From the IMG/VR virus record IMGVR_UViG_3300032093_000081: 64,000 nucleotides of DNA; one strand, given 5' to 3'. Both the position numbers and the translations under genes were made by a program. The stretch is from an uncultured virus (IMG/VR IMGVR_UViG_3300032093_000081). Lineage: Duplodnaviria > Heunggongvirae > Uroviricota > Caudoviricetes. Positions 9,172 through 20,300 of the stretch are shown here, in pieces. Below the pieces are notes generated by a model. That model was not told where the DNA came from and did not search any database. It worked only from the letters and a program-made list of their open reading frames with translations. Position 1 is the stretch's first letter. Each line of letters begins with the position of its first letter.

Positions 9172-9609
9172 ATGGACAATATAACTCTTGAACGCATTAA
9201 AACTTTGCATCTTAAACTTCGTAGTGAGGCAGAAGAAATCTACAAAAAGATTTGCGAAGAAATGCCTACAGGGACTATCTGTAGGTTTACTCATACTCTT
9301 CGTACAAATGCAGAGCAAAATGAACTTTATGCTCTAGGAAGAACAAAGCCTGGCAAAATTGTGACTAATGCTAAAGGTGGAGATTCTTATCACAACTATG
9401 GATTAGCAATTGATTTTGTTCTCATTGTTAATGGAAAAGCTTCTTGGACAATAAATAAAGATTGGCTAAAAGTTATTGAGGTATTTCAATCTTATGGATG
9501 GGAAAGTGGGCATTATTGGAAATTTAAAGACAGCCCCCACGTGCAGAAAACCTTTGGAAAAACCATAAAACAACTTAAAGAACAAAAAACACAATACCCA
9601 GAACTATGA
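9172..9609 (+). CDS. Endolysin, M15-family L-alanyl-D-glutamate peptidase
   Basis: RTxxEQNELYALGRTKPGKIVTNAKGGDSYHNYGLAIDF...DSPHVQ, with SxHxxGxAxD and DxPH zinc motifs. Confidence 0.92.
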   Translation: MDNITLERIKTLHLKLRSEAEEIYKKICEEMPTGTICRFTHTLRTNAEQNELYALGRTKPGKIVTNAKGGDSYHNYGLAIDFVLIVNGKASWTINKDWLKVIEVFQSYGWESGHYWKFKDSPHVQKTFGKTIKQLKEQKTQYPEL

Positions 9610-9818
9610 GCAAATTTACCGATAGCACTGCAGATTCTCTGACTGCTGTAAGCGGGCTTAGCGCTGTTGCACATCTTGCAACCCAATGGCAACCCATTAT
9701 TTCTTTTTTAGCTGGATGTGTTGCTATCCTTAGTGGGTGCGTTGCAATCTGGTACTACCTTAAACAAGGTCAAAAAATTTCTCAAGAAGAAACTTGTGAT
9801 GGAAACGAAGATAAATAA
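9606..9818 (+). CDS. Small membrane protein (holin-like)
   Basis: Hydrophobic helix IISFLAGCVAILSGCVAIWYYL; ATGA overlap with the endolysin. Confidence 0.55.
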   Translation: MSKFTDSTADSLTAVSGLSAVAHLATQWQPIISFLAGCVAILSGCVAIWYYLKQGQKISQEETCDGNEDK

Positions 9819-9990
9819 CTACTGGCAACCTACTCCTAAAAAATGGAGAAGGTTAGGAGACAGTTTACTTGCTGCCGGTACAGCAGTAACAGGATGGGCA
9901 ATCCTTGATGAACACAAATACATCGCAGTTACTGCCCTGCTTATGACAGTAGTAGGAAAATTCCTTACTAACTTCTTTAAAGACGAATAA
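9799..9990 (+). CDS. Small two-TM membrane protein (holin-like)
   Basis: Likely ATG at 9799 (METKINNYWQPTPKKWRRLGDSLL); two hydrophobic segments. Confidence 0.55.
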   Translation: METKINNYWQPTPKKWRRLGDSLLAAGTAVTGWAILDEHKYIAVTALLMTVVGKFLTNFFKDE

Positions 9991-9991
9991 A

Positions 9992-10216
9992 ATGATTCCC
10001 AACATAAGATGGTTTCCAATTAATGCTCTAAAAGGACTAAAGTCCCAAGATGGATTAGTAGCAGTAGTCTTATGTTGTTATCCTACTAAAGTTGTAGAGT
10101 TAGGATATTGGACAGGAAAAAGATTCGTCAATCAAAACAAAAATCCTTTTAAAACTAAGTTTACTCATTTTGCTGTGTTAGAGCTTCCTTCGGAGCCTAG
10201 TCAGGATAATGAGTAA
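9992..10216 (+). CDS. Small DUF551-like protein
   Basis: Pattern W-x-P...VLCC...GYW...THFAVLELP resembles DUF551. Confidence 0.5.
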   Translation: MIPNIRWFPINALKGLKSQDGLVAVVLCCYPTKVVELGYWTGKRFVNQNKNPFKTKFTHFAVLELPSEPSQDNE

Positions 10217-10260
10217 ACTTTTTTTTGAGCATACGAGGTTGTGTAGTTACTTTGCCTTGT

Positions 10261-11574
10261 ATGTCAGAACCAATCTTAAACTTTGACGAGAAGTTAAAAG
10301 TGGACTATTGTATTCCACTTGAACTTAGAGATGCTCAAGTCCTTCATGCTATTTCTAAAATAAAAAACAGAGTAGCTCCAGATACTGCAAAAGGAGAATC
10401 TATTGCAGTAGTGTGTTACGGACCATCTTTAAAAGATAATTGGCCAGATGTACTAAGATACAACTCAATCATTACTTGCTCTGGAGCACACAAGTTTTTA
10501 ATCGAGAACGATATTAGCCCTACTTATCATTTGGATGTAGACCCAAGAGAGCATAAAATAGAACTTATGGGCACTCCTCATCCAAGAGTTGAGTACCTAA
10601 TGGCTTCTTGCTGTCATCCTAAAATGTGGGAGCATTTAGAGGGGATGGATGTAAAACTTTGGCATGTATTTTCAAATGAAGAAGAATCAAAACGCATTCT
10701 GCCTAAAAATGAATACGCTATTACAGGCGGCTCAAGTGCAGGACATAGAGCAATAATGATGGCTTACTTCTTAGGGTATAGAGACATTCATGTATTTGGA
10801 ATGGATGGGTGTGTAAAAGAAACCTCTCATGCCGGTAAACATCCTAATGCTATTGAGAAAACTAAAAGTATAACATACAACAGAAAGGAGTTCCAAACTA
10901 CTACTTCGTTGTTGTATTGCGCTAAAGAACTTCATAACGAACTTAATCAAATGCCCGGGGCTAAATTCCATTTTCATGGGCAAGGATTAACTCAAGAGAT
11001 ATTTAGGAATTGGAAACCTGAATACAAAAAAGTAAAAATAGCTTACGCCAAACCAGAAACTATTTCTCCTTTACATGTAGAGCGGAACGCTAAACTACAT
11101 TTAGAAAACCCTGCTTATGGAATTGGAGGAAAAAAACATGCAGAAACAGTAATACAAATTGCAGAAAAACTAATAAGCTCGACTAATAAGTTTGTAAGCA
11201 TTTTAGATTATGGATGCGGCAAAGGCACATTAGCTGCAGCTATTCCTTTTCCTATTTGGGAATATGACCCTGCTATTCCCGGTAAAGATAAAGACCCTCG
11301 TGCTGCAGATCTTGTAGTATGTACTGATGTTCTTGAACATATAGAACTTGAGTTGCTAGATAATGTAATGAAAGACTTACAAAGAGTAACTAAGTCTATT
11401 GGGTATTTTGTCATTTCAACCCGCTTGGCTGGGAAATCATATTTTGATGGTACAAACACTCACTTTATAGTAAAAGATAAAGCATGGTGGGAAGGAAGAC
11501 TTGCGAGATTTTTTACAGTTGCCAAAGTATTTGAAAAAAATTCTGAACTCCACGTAGTAGTATCGAAGAAATGA
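10261..11574 (+). CDS. DUF115/Maf-like domain fused to class I SAM-dependent methyltransferase
   Basis: N-half IAVVCYGPSL...ITCSGAH...VDPR...GGSSAG...LGYRDIHVFGMD; C-half ILDYGCGKG...YDPAI...DLVVCTDVLEHI. ATG at 10261 follows TTACTTTG by 6 nt. Confidence 0.8.
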   Translation: MSEPILNFDEKLKVDYCIPLELRDAQVLHAISKIKNRVAPDTAKGESIAVVCYGPSLKDNWPDVLRYNSIITCSGAHKFLIENDISPTYHLDVDPREHKIELMGTPHPRVEYLMASCCHPKMWEHLEGMDVKLWHVFSNEEESKRILPKNEYAITGGSSAGHRAIMMAYFLGYRDIHVFGMDGCVKETSHAGKHPNAIEKTKSITYNRKEFQTTTSLLYCAKELHNELNQMPGAKFHFHGQGLTQEIFRNWKPEYKKVKIAYAKPETISPLHVERNAKLHLENPAYGIGGKKHAETVIQIAEKLISSTNKFVSILDYGCGKGTLAAAIPFPIWEYDPAIPGKDKDPRAADLVVCTDVLEHIELELLDNVMKDLQRVTKSIGYFVISTRLAGKSYFDGTNTHFIVKDKAWWEGRLARFFTVAKVFEKNSELHVVVSKK

Positions 11575-12281
11575 AAAATCTAAAAATATTCATAGGATAT
11601 GACAGCAAAGAACCTGCTGCTTATCATACTTGTGTTCAATCTATTATTGAACATTCTTCTAAGCCTTTAAGCATTACTCCGCTTAAACTTAGCCAACTAA
11701 AAGAATACAAACGAACTGATGTAAAAAGCACTGTAGAGTTTTCTCTTACTCGCTTTTTAGTTCCATATCTTTCAGAATTCCAAGGATGGTCTTTGTTTAT
11801 GGACTGCGATATGATAGTTCAAACGGACTTATCAAAACTTTTAGATGAGATTCATGAACCCGGGTTAATATCTTGGAATATGCCACCTGTGTACATTTGC
11901 CCTCATGACTATGTAACTAAAGTAGAAACAAAAGCTACTGGAAAAAACGAACACTACCCTCGCAAAAACTGGTCTAGTTTTATGTTGTTTAACAATATGC
12001 AATGCGTAAGTTTATCCCCAGAGTATGTTAACTACGCAAGCCCTGCAGAACTACACCGGCTTCAATGGGCTAAAGAAATTGGAGAACTTCCTTTAGAATA
12101 CAACTGGCTAGTAGGGGAGTATAAAAAGAATGCCGATGCTAAAGTTTTGCATTATACTTTAGGAACTCCTTGCTTTAAAGGATATGAAGATGGGGCCCAT
12201 AGTGATATATGGTATAAATACTTTAAGAAGGCTATTCACCCTCTTACGCCAGAAACTATATCTAGGAAACTAGAAGATTAA
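11571..12281 (+). CDS. GT-A fold glycosyltransferase (GT8-like)
   Basis: IFIGYD...EFSLTRFLVP...FMDCDM (DxD)...YPRKNWSS...HYTLGTP. Confidence 0.85.
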   Translation: MKNLKIFIGYDSKEPAAYHTCVQSIIEHSSKPLSITPLKLSQLKEYKRTDVKSTVEFSLTRFLVPYLSEFQGWSLFMDCDMIVQTDLSKLLDEIHEPGLISWNMPPVYICPHDYVTKVETKATGKNEHYPRKNWSSFMLFNNMQCVSLSPEYVNYASPAELHRLQWAKEIGELPLEYNWLVGEYKKNADAKVLHYTLGTPCFKGYEDGAHSDIWYKYFKKAIHPLTPETISRKLED

Positions 12282-12595
12282 ATCCTTAGAACTTTTGGGG
12301 ACTCAAGGTGATTAGTAATAATCACTTTGAGTCCACAAATAAAGGTAACGCTATGAACCATTTCTTCGTATGCTTGCTTATCTAAGCCAGTAAGCTTAAA
12401 CATATTTTCAAGCAAGGTTTTATTTTGGTCTTCAGTAATCAATAAACTATTAGGATAATGACCTTCATCTCCATTTAGTTTAGAAGCTTCGTGGTAATCT
12501 TCAATAAGATTAACTATGTACGCGAGATTGAGTTCTTTTTCCATTAGAGAAGATATAGTATAACTCCAGTCAATATAGCAGAAATAGTCTGCCAC
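12278..12595 (-). CDS. Hypothetical protein (start may be ATG 12544)
   Basis: Last ORF of the minus-strand block; converges on the glycosyltransferase stop. Confidence 0.55.
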   Translation of the reverse strand: MADYFCYIDWSYTISSLMEKELNLAYIVNLIEDYHEASKLNGDEGHYPNSLLITEDQNKTLLENMFKLTGLDKQAYEEMVHSVTFICGLKVIITNHLESPKVLRI

Positions 12596-12909
12596 CGTTT
12601 CATTCTACGATGAGAAACGTAAGCAGTGTTACTCAAAATCACTGCGTTTTTTTGAAGTGACTCAATCTCCAAGTTTTTTAAAGGAATAATACTATCTCGA
12701 TAATAAGAGATAATCTGTTGGTCTTGTGCTTTTAACTGTTTTAATAGTTCTACTCGTTCTCTTGCTTGAATACCTTTAAGAAACTCATTATTCAATTCCT
12801 TTAACGGTAAGCTGTCTAGACTTTGAGAGTAAGAAATATAAGGCGTCAGTATCAGGCATACTGTCAATAATAAGACGGATGGTATCGTAGTGAAGCGTAG
12901 TAGTTTCAT
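12544..12909 (-). CDS. Signal peptide + coiled coil + C-terminal TM protein (spanin-like candidate)
   Basis: N-terminal hydrophobic signal, heptad-like middle and C-terminal ISAILTGVILYLL; overlaps the upstream gene by 122 nt. Confidence 0.5.
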   Translation of the reverse strand: MKLLRFTTIPSVLLLTVCLILTPYISYSQSLDSLPLKELNNEFLKGIQARERVELLKQLKAQDQQIISYYRDSIIPLKNLEIESLQKNAVILSNTAYVSHRRMKRWQTISAILTGVILYLL

Positions 12910-13114
12910 ATTTAGTAACTAAGCGAGTACGAATTACGCTCAAAGAATCTATTTTATGAAATAGTTTTTGTTCTTCTGCTTTAATAGAATCTAGTTTTTT
13001 TGCAATCAAGTCAGTATTGGTCTCTTTTACTACTACAGGCTCTTTAAAAAAAAGAAGAAGACCTAAAATAATAAAGACCAAACTTAACATAATATCTAAT
13101 CCTTTTTTTATCAT
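12788..13114 (-). CDS. N-terminal TM + coiled-coil protein (i-spanin/Rz-like candidate)
   Basis: IMLSLVFIILGLLLFF anchor followed by a helical segment. Confidence 0.5.
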   Translation of the reverse strand: MIKKGLDIMLSLVFIILGLLLFFKEPVVVKETNTDLIAKKLDSIKAEEQKLFHKIDSLSVIRTRLVTKYETTTLHYDTIRLIIDSMPDTDALYFLLSKSRQLTVKGIE

Positions 13115-13980
13115 AGCCCAAATCTTGCTTTGAAAAAGTTAAAGTTATCTGTCATTTCTTGAATAGTGAGAGAGTCTGTATACTGAGTGTATGCAGAGAT
13201 TCTTCCGTTAAAAAAGTTCCTTCCATTACCATTGTCGCCAAACAAAGCTCCTAATCCTAATTGTACTTGTGGCATAGTGTGTTGTTTTACGTGCCCTGAA
13301 TATGAACCAGTACTAGCTATATATCCAGAACACTCTACGTTATTCACAAAGATATTATACCTTGAATTCACTAAATCCCAATTTATTGAAATATTTACCC
13401 ATTGGTTTCCTGTCAATGCCCCTCCTGTGGTAACTCCAGTTCTACGATTAGTTCTTGGACCTCCTCCTCCTTCAGTCTCATAACCGGTGTCTACAATAGT
13501 AATGTATTCATCGGTAAGAAGTCCTGTGGCTGATCCTAATCCTAAATAAAGACATCCATCGTTGTTTGGGTTATACTCAAATAAAAGCGGGACTTGTAGA
13601 GTAGTTGTTTTGTCAATAGTAGAATAAGGCTTAATCCAAATAGAAGCATGCCCTAATACTACAGAAGTTAGACTTCCTTCTCCAAAATAGTAATACGGAG
13701 ATATTGCTTCAATACTTGCTCCGCCATCTGAATAATACTTAGTGGGTAAAGTATAAAGATTGAGACTGCCTGAAGGGCTTTCTGAAGGATATAAGGTTAA
13801 ATCATTTCCGGGGACAATACAGGGGTATTTTGAATCGGAAATATCTGTACCGCTAATATTCCCTCTATACCCATCTGGATGATATGGGTCAATATAAGTA
13901 CCTAAAGCACGTGTGACTATACCTAAGTCTTCTGGCTTTTTCTTAGGATAGATGCTATTTAGGTAATTAACAAAGAACAT
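13111..13980 (-). CDS. LamG/ConA-like jelly-roll domain virion protein
   Basis: SIWIKP...NQWVNISINWD...NIFVNN...FFNGRIS...LTIQEMTDNFN...RFGL, a typical phage LamG C-terminus. Confidence 0.8.
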   Translation of the reverse strand: MFFVNYLNSIYPKKKPEDLGIVTRALGTYIDPYHPDGYRGNISGTDISDSKYPCIVPGNDLTLYPSESPSGSLNLYTLPTKYYSDGGASIEAISPYYYFGEGSLTSVVLGHASIWIKPYSTIDKTTTLQVPLLFEYNPNNDGCLYLGLGSATGLLTDEYITIVDTGYETEGGGGPRTNRRTGVTTGGALTGNQWVNISINWDLVNSRYNIFVNNVECSGYIASTGSYSGHVKQHTMPQVQLGLGALFGDNGNGRNFFNGRISAYTQYTDSLTIQEMTDNFNFFKARFGL

Positions 13981-14282
13981 TACAAATAAGCTATTACAGA
14001 GCCAGTAGCTATAGTAATGTCAGTAATATCTCCCCCTCCCGGTAAATAAACAAATGAAGGGAATACTACTCCTGACATATTTCGAGCGGTAACTTGTTCA
14101 ACCCCCTCTACTTTAAATACACTAATAGTAGTATTTTCTAAAGGCACTACTGCTCGGTATTTAACATTTGTATATGTACCAGCGGCAAGAATTACAAACC
14201 CGCCATTACCTGAAATTAATCCTAGTGTCCGGGCAATTTTTTCTGTAAGGCCGTAGGATTTTTTTGTTACTTGGAAGCTCAT
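13980..14282 (-). CDS. Small beta-rich structural protein (100 aa)
   Basis: Ends ITDITIATGSVIAY; preceded by TAACTTTG. Confidence 0.6.
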   Translation of the reverse strand: MSFQVTKKSYGLTEKIARTLGLISGNGGFVILAAGTYTNVKYRAVVPLENTTISVFKVEGVEQVTARNMSGVVFPSFVYLPGGGDITDITIATGSVIAYL

Positions 14283-14287
14283 GTGTA

Positions 14288-14295
14288 CAAAGTTA
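14288..14295 (-). promoter_or_regulatory. Bacteroidetes-type -7 promoter element
   Basis: TAACTTTG 5 nt before ATG 14282. Confidence 0.6.
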
Positions 14296-14306
14296 ATGTC
14301 TTTTGA

Positions 14307-17300
14307 TTAAAAGTCAGATTTAAATCCAGAACTAAAGTCCGACTTAAAGTCAGAACTGAAGTCAGAACCTTCTATTTTTTTAGACTTTCCTTTTTTGGGT
14401 TTCGAGGGAGTTGGAACATAATTTGGGTCTTTAGTTCTTAAAGGAATCATAGCTTCGACTTTCAAAAATCTTTCTAATTCATCTACTACTTCTACTAAAT
14501 TTCTTTCCTTTCTAAATGTTTCTCTAAATTTAGAAAAGTCGTTTTTCAGTTTCATAGTGGACGCGTCAGTTGTTATTGCTTCTACAATATTCCGAATAGA
14601 TGAAGAAGCATAGCTTTGGTCGGAAAGAGAAGCTATTTGTTGTTGAATTGCTTTATTTCCTGAAATAATATCATAAAGTTCTTTATTAAGAGGTCTGGAT
14701 TTTTCTGCCAACTTTAATAAATCAGGAGTTATTTCTTTTACTTTTTCAGAGTTAAATACTAGTTGGTCTCCTTCTTGAGTAATTACTTTAGCTAAAGTTT
14801 TATTAAGTTCTTTTTTCAAATCATCTATTTCTCTAGTTACTCGGCGAACTTCTTGAAATTCGTTTGTAGCTAATATTTTTACATCTCCATACATTAATGC
14901 CATTTGGGATTGTCTTTCTGGATTAAAAATATGATCTACAGGAGCAAGATTAAAAAATGTTGTAAGGGCAACTAAAAGTTTTGGAGGAGCTTCATCTATT
15001 GATTTGCCTCTAAGAGTATTTAATCTTCTTGCTACCCCAAATTCTTTACCCCCAAACTTTGGTATAAAGCCTCTTTCTGAGTACTGAGAAGTGCCAGAAG
15101 TAGGATCTCCCCAAGTAGCAGAGTCAAAAAACATAGCAAATTTATTATAAGCTGCTCTGGCAGTAGCGTCAATAGTAGTATCTAAGATAAAATTGACCCC
15201 TCTTCGCCAAAGATCTGGAGAAGATTGCATTTTATAGTTAGCGTATTTTTGGTACGTGTAATAACTATCTGCTGCTTTTATAACTGGGTTTGTTATAGTA
15301 GTTACTTCAGTATCGGCTTGAAGTAAAGTAAGATAAAAACTAAATTTTAGATACTTTTGAAGAGCTTCATCCCATTCATCGTCTCCTGATGCAAGAGCAC
15401 CAGCATAATGAATTAGTAAAGCGTTTAGTTTAAACTGAGCAACATAAGCAAGAGCTCTGATACCTAAAGCAATAGTAGTATCTAAAACCATTGGATTTCC
15501 TGCAAGGTTTTTAGCGGCTCCCGCTACAGTGTTGGAATCCCCTACACTTCGGGAACTACTTAAAAACAAAGCTTTCCCTAATTTTTTTTCTTTGAGAAGA
15601 TTAAGGCGAATATTCCTGTCAGAAAAATAGATACTATGATGAACTTTACCTGAATTCATAGAAACGCGAGACCCTCCATAATGGTTAGCAACTGATGGCA
15701 TAAACCATTTTCCTTTTAAGAAAAATACTGTTTGAAGGAATTCACTTTCCATCCAACTAGCCTGACTTCGTTTATAGTATTGTCCTGAACCTGAATAGTT
15801 AATGTCGTATATCTGATTTCGTAAATTGAGAGTAAGTGCTCTGACTCTTTGTTCTTTTGGCCCTCCATCTCTGAATCTATCTACAATAACTAACTCTCCG
15901 TCTTTTACAGTATACAAATCATTAAAGCGAACCATTTCTCCATTTATATCATACTTGCGGTTAAACAATACTTCTGCAGTTGTTGCAGCCGGTACAAAGT
16001 CTGCGTAGCCTACTGTGGCAGCAGAAAGAGTATTTAAAGTAGCCCATTTTTCAAACTTGGACTTTAGCCCCTTAGAGGCTACGTTAGAATACTCAGACCC
16101 GGGAATAGCATTCATATGCATATACATAAGAGTAGTTTTAGACATAGAGTCTTTGTCTACTCCTAAGTGAAAATTAAAATTGGTTTGAAACTTAGTAAGG
16201 GCTTTAAAAAATCCTAAGAAGGCTTCTCTTCTAGATATTCCGTTTTGCCTTAGAACAAGATAAATTTTGCTGTTCTGAGAAATAAACTGTTTGAAAGCAC
16301 GTCTGTAGTTAAAAGATAAAACTGCGCTGGCAGTCATCTTTCTAACCCCACCTATCCACTTGTTGAATAGCCGTATAAATTGGTTTTTGGCGTCCTCACG
16401 GTAGTTCAAATTACCGCTTCCTAAAAATATTCTACTTATGAATCGGTCTAATTCTTGTCTTTCTGTTTTATTAAGTCTTCCTTTTTCGGCTTCTGTCTTT
16501 TTATCAATTTCTTTAAAGAAGGCTGTTTGAGGAATTATATCTATGAGGTTTTTTGTTGCAGAAGAATGTGCGGCAAATTCTAATAACAGTCTATTTAAGT
16601 TAAGAGACTGGTCAGCAATAGCCATGTTTCTGTTTTTGAAAAGGCGACGTGGAGCCATTTCTCCAGAAGATAAATCATATTGCTCTAATGCTGAGTATTC
16701 AGAATCCCGATCATAATCTTTATTAGATACAAACTCTCGAATGAATCTCATTATGGGGTTTGCTAAAATGCCTTTAAACCTATCCCATTTGCTTAAATCT
16801 TGCAAAGGAGTAGTTTGCTCCATATACGTTTTTTGCCGAGTAGGAATAGCATAATTTTCTAATTGATAGTAAGAAGGAAGCCCTTCATTTAATTCATCAA
16901 AAATCTTCTCATATTCTTTTGCTATGCTTTGCTCTTCTGCAGTTAGTTGAGAAAATCCTGTGTTTACATACAGAGATTTTTTAGGACTAAGCTTTTTATC
17001 TTGGTAATTAGGGTTTTTAAACCTTTCATCTATTTGCCCTCTTTTCCAAATTCCATTAGGAGATATATCTATATACTGAGGGTCAGTAGGCAAGGTATGT
17101 TCCCATATCATTAAAGGCGTACCTTTTGTTCTTTGTATATATACTTCTACTCCAAATATGTCTTCTTCTGCCATAGTAGGAGTATCTATAAAGTGATGCA
17201 GTTTATACCATGGGTCAGATTCATACATTGCTTCCATACCTAAGTGTTTTAGGTATGCTTCTATCATAATCTTTTTTGCTTGGTTTGGATTGTCTTCAAT

Positions 17301-20300
17301 ATCTAAGGCATCATATATGTCTACGTTTTGTGTGAATATTGGGTTATCTAAATGAATCCGTTGTTCTCCCGCTTTTACTCGTGCTATGTCTGCCCAAGCT
17401 TGGTCTACTATTTCATTTATTTCTTTTAATTTCCCGGGGGTGTTACGTATCTTTTCTTTGTATTCAGAGATTCGATTATCTAGTTCTGCATAGTAGTAAC
17501 TTGTTTTTGTTCTTTCTTGTACTTCGGATAGCCGAGAAAATAAATCAGAGAGTTGGTCTCTTTGGTCCTGTGTAAGGTCAAGGCTATCTTTTAATTGTTT
17601 AAGCTCTTCTATTTTTTCCTGTAATTCTCGAACTTTTTTTACTTCCGGTTCAGTAAAGTTTGTGCCTACTGGTATTCCGTCTTCATCTTTTTTTGGAGCG
17701 ATTATTCTTCGGAGAAGGTCATTTATCTCTTTTATGTTTTCATCTCTTTCCCCTAAAATACTCTGCATCTCTTCAAAGATGGGAGTAAGTACCTCAGTAT
17801 AAAATTCAGGCTTTATTTGAGTTTGAGTGTTTTGACGTATCCACTTTTTATATCTCTCTTCTGCTTGTTTTAATTCTTGTTTTGTCTCAGCTATTCTTTT
17901 GTCAAGATTTTGTCTGTTTAAATCAGTTCTATTAGGGTCGGATAAAAGCTGTAAATAGTCAGATTGGAGATTTGACAGATTAGTTCGTACTCTAGATATT
18001 TCTCCTTCGAATTTCTTTTTTACAAAATCGAATCGGTCTAAAGGCTCTTGCTCTGTTAACTGAGTATATACCTTAGCATCACTAATAGCCTGATAGTATT
18101 TATTGAGTCGTTTAGCCCATTCTAATTCTATTCCGGTTTTTAAGTTTCCTTCTCTGTCAAAAAAGTTTCTAAGCTCTTTTATTTCTGCTCTTTTGATTTT
18201 TGCTTCAGAATAAGCATAATCTTCAATTAAGTCGTCTTCTACTAAGCCTTTAAAAGATTCGAAAGTATCTGCTTCTCTGTTAAGGAAGTCTAATCTTTCT
18301 CTAAGTTGTTTTCCAATTTCATCTTTTACTCCGTTTTCATCTTTATCAATTATATCCTGAATAGCATAATACTCATCAGTAAACTGAAGTTCAGTATTGT
18401 TTTCTATGAAATTGTTATAAGCTTCTTCTGCTCCTTCAAGAGCCGTCTCTAAATCAGCTATTTGTGCAGGGTCAACTCCTTCAGAAAGTGCGATGCTTAA
18501 TTTCTTTTCCGCTTCTTGTTTTGCAAAAAGCAAATCTGTGTATTCATTATGGAACTTTACATAATCTACCTCAGTATTAAGAAATGCTTTTTTGATTGTT
18601 TTAAGTTCTCCATTATCTATGTAGTTGTATTCTCTGGAAACTATAATGTTTTTATAGTACTTAGCAGTAAGAGTAGTTCCAATTAAACTCTGTATAGGAC
18701 GTATTTTGTCTAATCTTCCTTTTAGGTCAGTTATTTGATTGACTACTTTTTGGAAATTCTGGTTTTCTAAAGAAGCATTCTCCAAATAAGCAGCAAACAA
18801 CTGAACTATCGGCCTTCCAGATTTAAATAAAGGCTCAAGTAAAGACAGCCCTGATGTCTGAGAAGTTCCGGTATATACGTTGTTAATGAATAAATCTCCA
18901 ATAACTTTTGCTTTGTTCTCTCCAGTAGTAGCTTGTTCTAAGGTATCTATTAATTTAGATAGATTTTTGTAGGTTGTATGTTTCCCTTCGTTTTCACCAT
19001 CATTTTGTAAAAGGTCTGCACGAGATTTTTTAAACTCCTTTTCTAAGTTTGCTTGCTGTATCTTTAAATTGTGGATTAAGTCATCTACAAGTTTTCCATC
19101 TTTTAACTGAGGAATAAGAGCATCGTAAACAGACTCTTTTATGTAATCGTATATCTTTTCTTCTGAGTCAGTAGTTAATCCTACAAAGTCTCCAATGCTT
19201 TTAACTTGATTGTTAAATATTTGAAGCGGAGTCTTTTCTCCTTTTTTTAGTTCTTCTTTTGCTTTTTCATTTATCTGAGCTACTTGGGGAACATTTTCAA
19301 AAGCCTTATCGAAAACTTCAGTAAAGACTTTTGCTAGTTCCTCTTTGTCTTGAGCAGTTAAAGTAGTATCACTATTTAAAACGTCTAGATAATCAGAAAA
19401 CCTTTTAAAGTCTTGTTTAAGTTTTGGCAGTATGTGGAACTTGATTTCAAATACAAGTTTGTATTTTTTTTCTGGGGTTAATCTGTCTATGGAATTGTCT
19501 GAGACAATAGTATTTAAGGTTTTAGAAAGTCCTATACCGGCAGCGTAGTATTGAGCAGCATTTAGAATAGTCTCACTCATTGTCCTTTGAGACAATAAGT
19601 CCATAGACATATTCATTAGGTTTTTATACTGAGCCGCGTAATCAGGGATAACATTCTTTAAAAATTCTCTATCTACAAACTTGGTTTTTTGTTGAACGGA
19701 AGAAGGTCTCAGTTGTAAACTTCTATCTTCTACTGGCTTGCTTAATAATGCATTGAATCGAAGATGAAACTCACTTACGTTATTCGGAATGTCTTGTTGA
19801 GTCTCTAAATAATCAAGATATTCTTGAATGGCGTTTTCAATATCTGTCTTAGTGTCTACTGCTTTAAATCCAAATATGGTTCGGAATAAACTGCTTAATG
19901 CCTGTAGGATAGATTGAATGAAGTTTTTGGGTTGGGCAAGTTCTAAGTCTAAATTTTCTAAATGCTCCCTAAAATAAGGGTTAGACATAAACTCCGCGAC
20001 AAACTCTTCTACGTTAGTAAATCCATACGAAAAGTCTGGATGAAGAACAGAACTTGTATAGTCTGAGAACGCCTTTTCCATTTTTGCTTTAAAGGCTCTT
20101 TCTTCTGCAGTCCTTGGATTGTTTAAAGCAGATAAGGTATAAGCATGAGCTAACTCATGGACTAAATCACGAATTAATCTTTCAGTAGACTGAGGTTCGT
20201 ATGCATCTTTAGAAATATAAATAGTGTTTGATTTAGGATCATAGAATGAATTATCAATAGGAGTATCTGTCTGGTCAGGCATTACTATCTGCAGTGTAGG

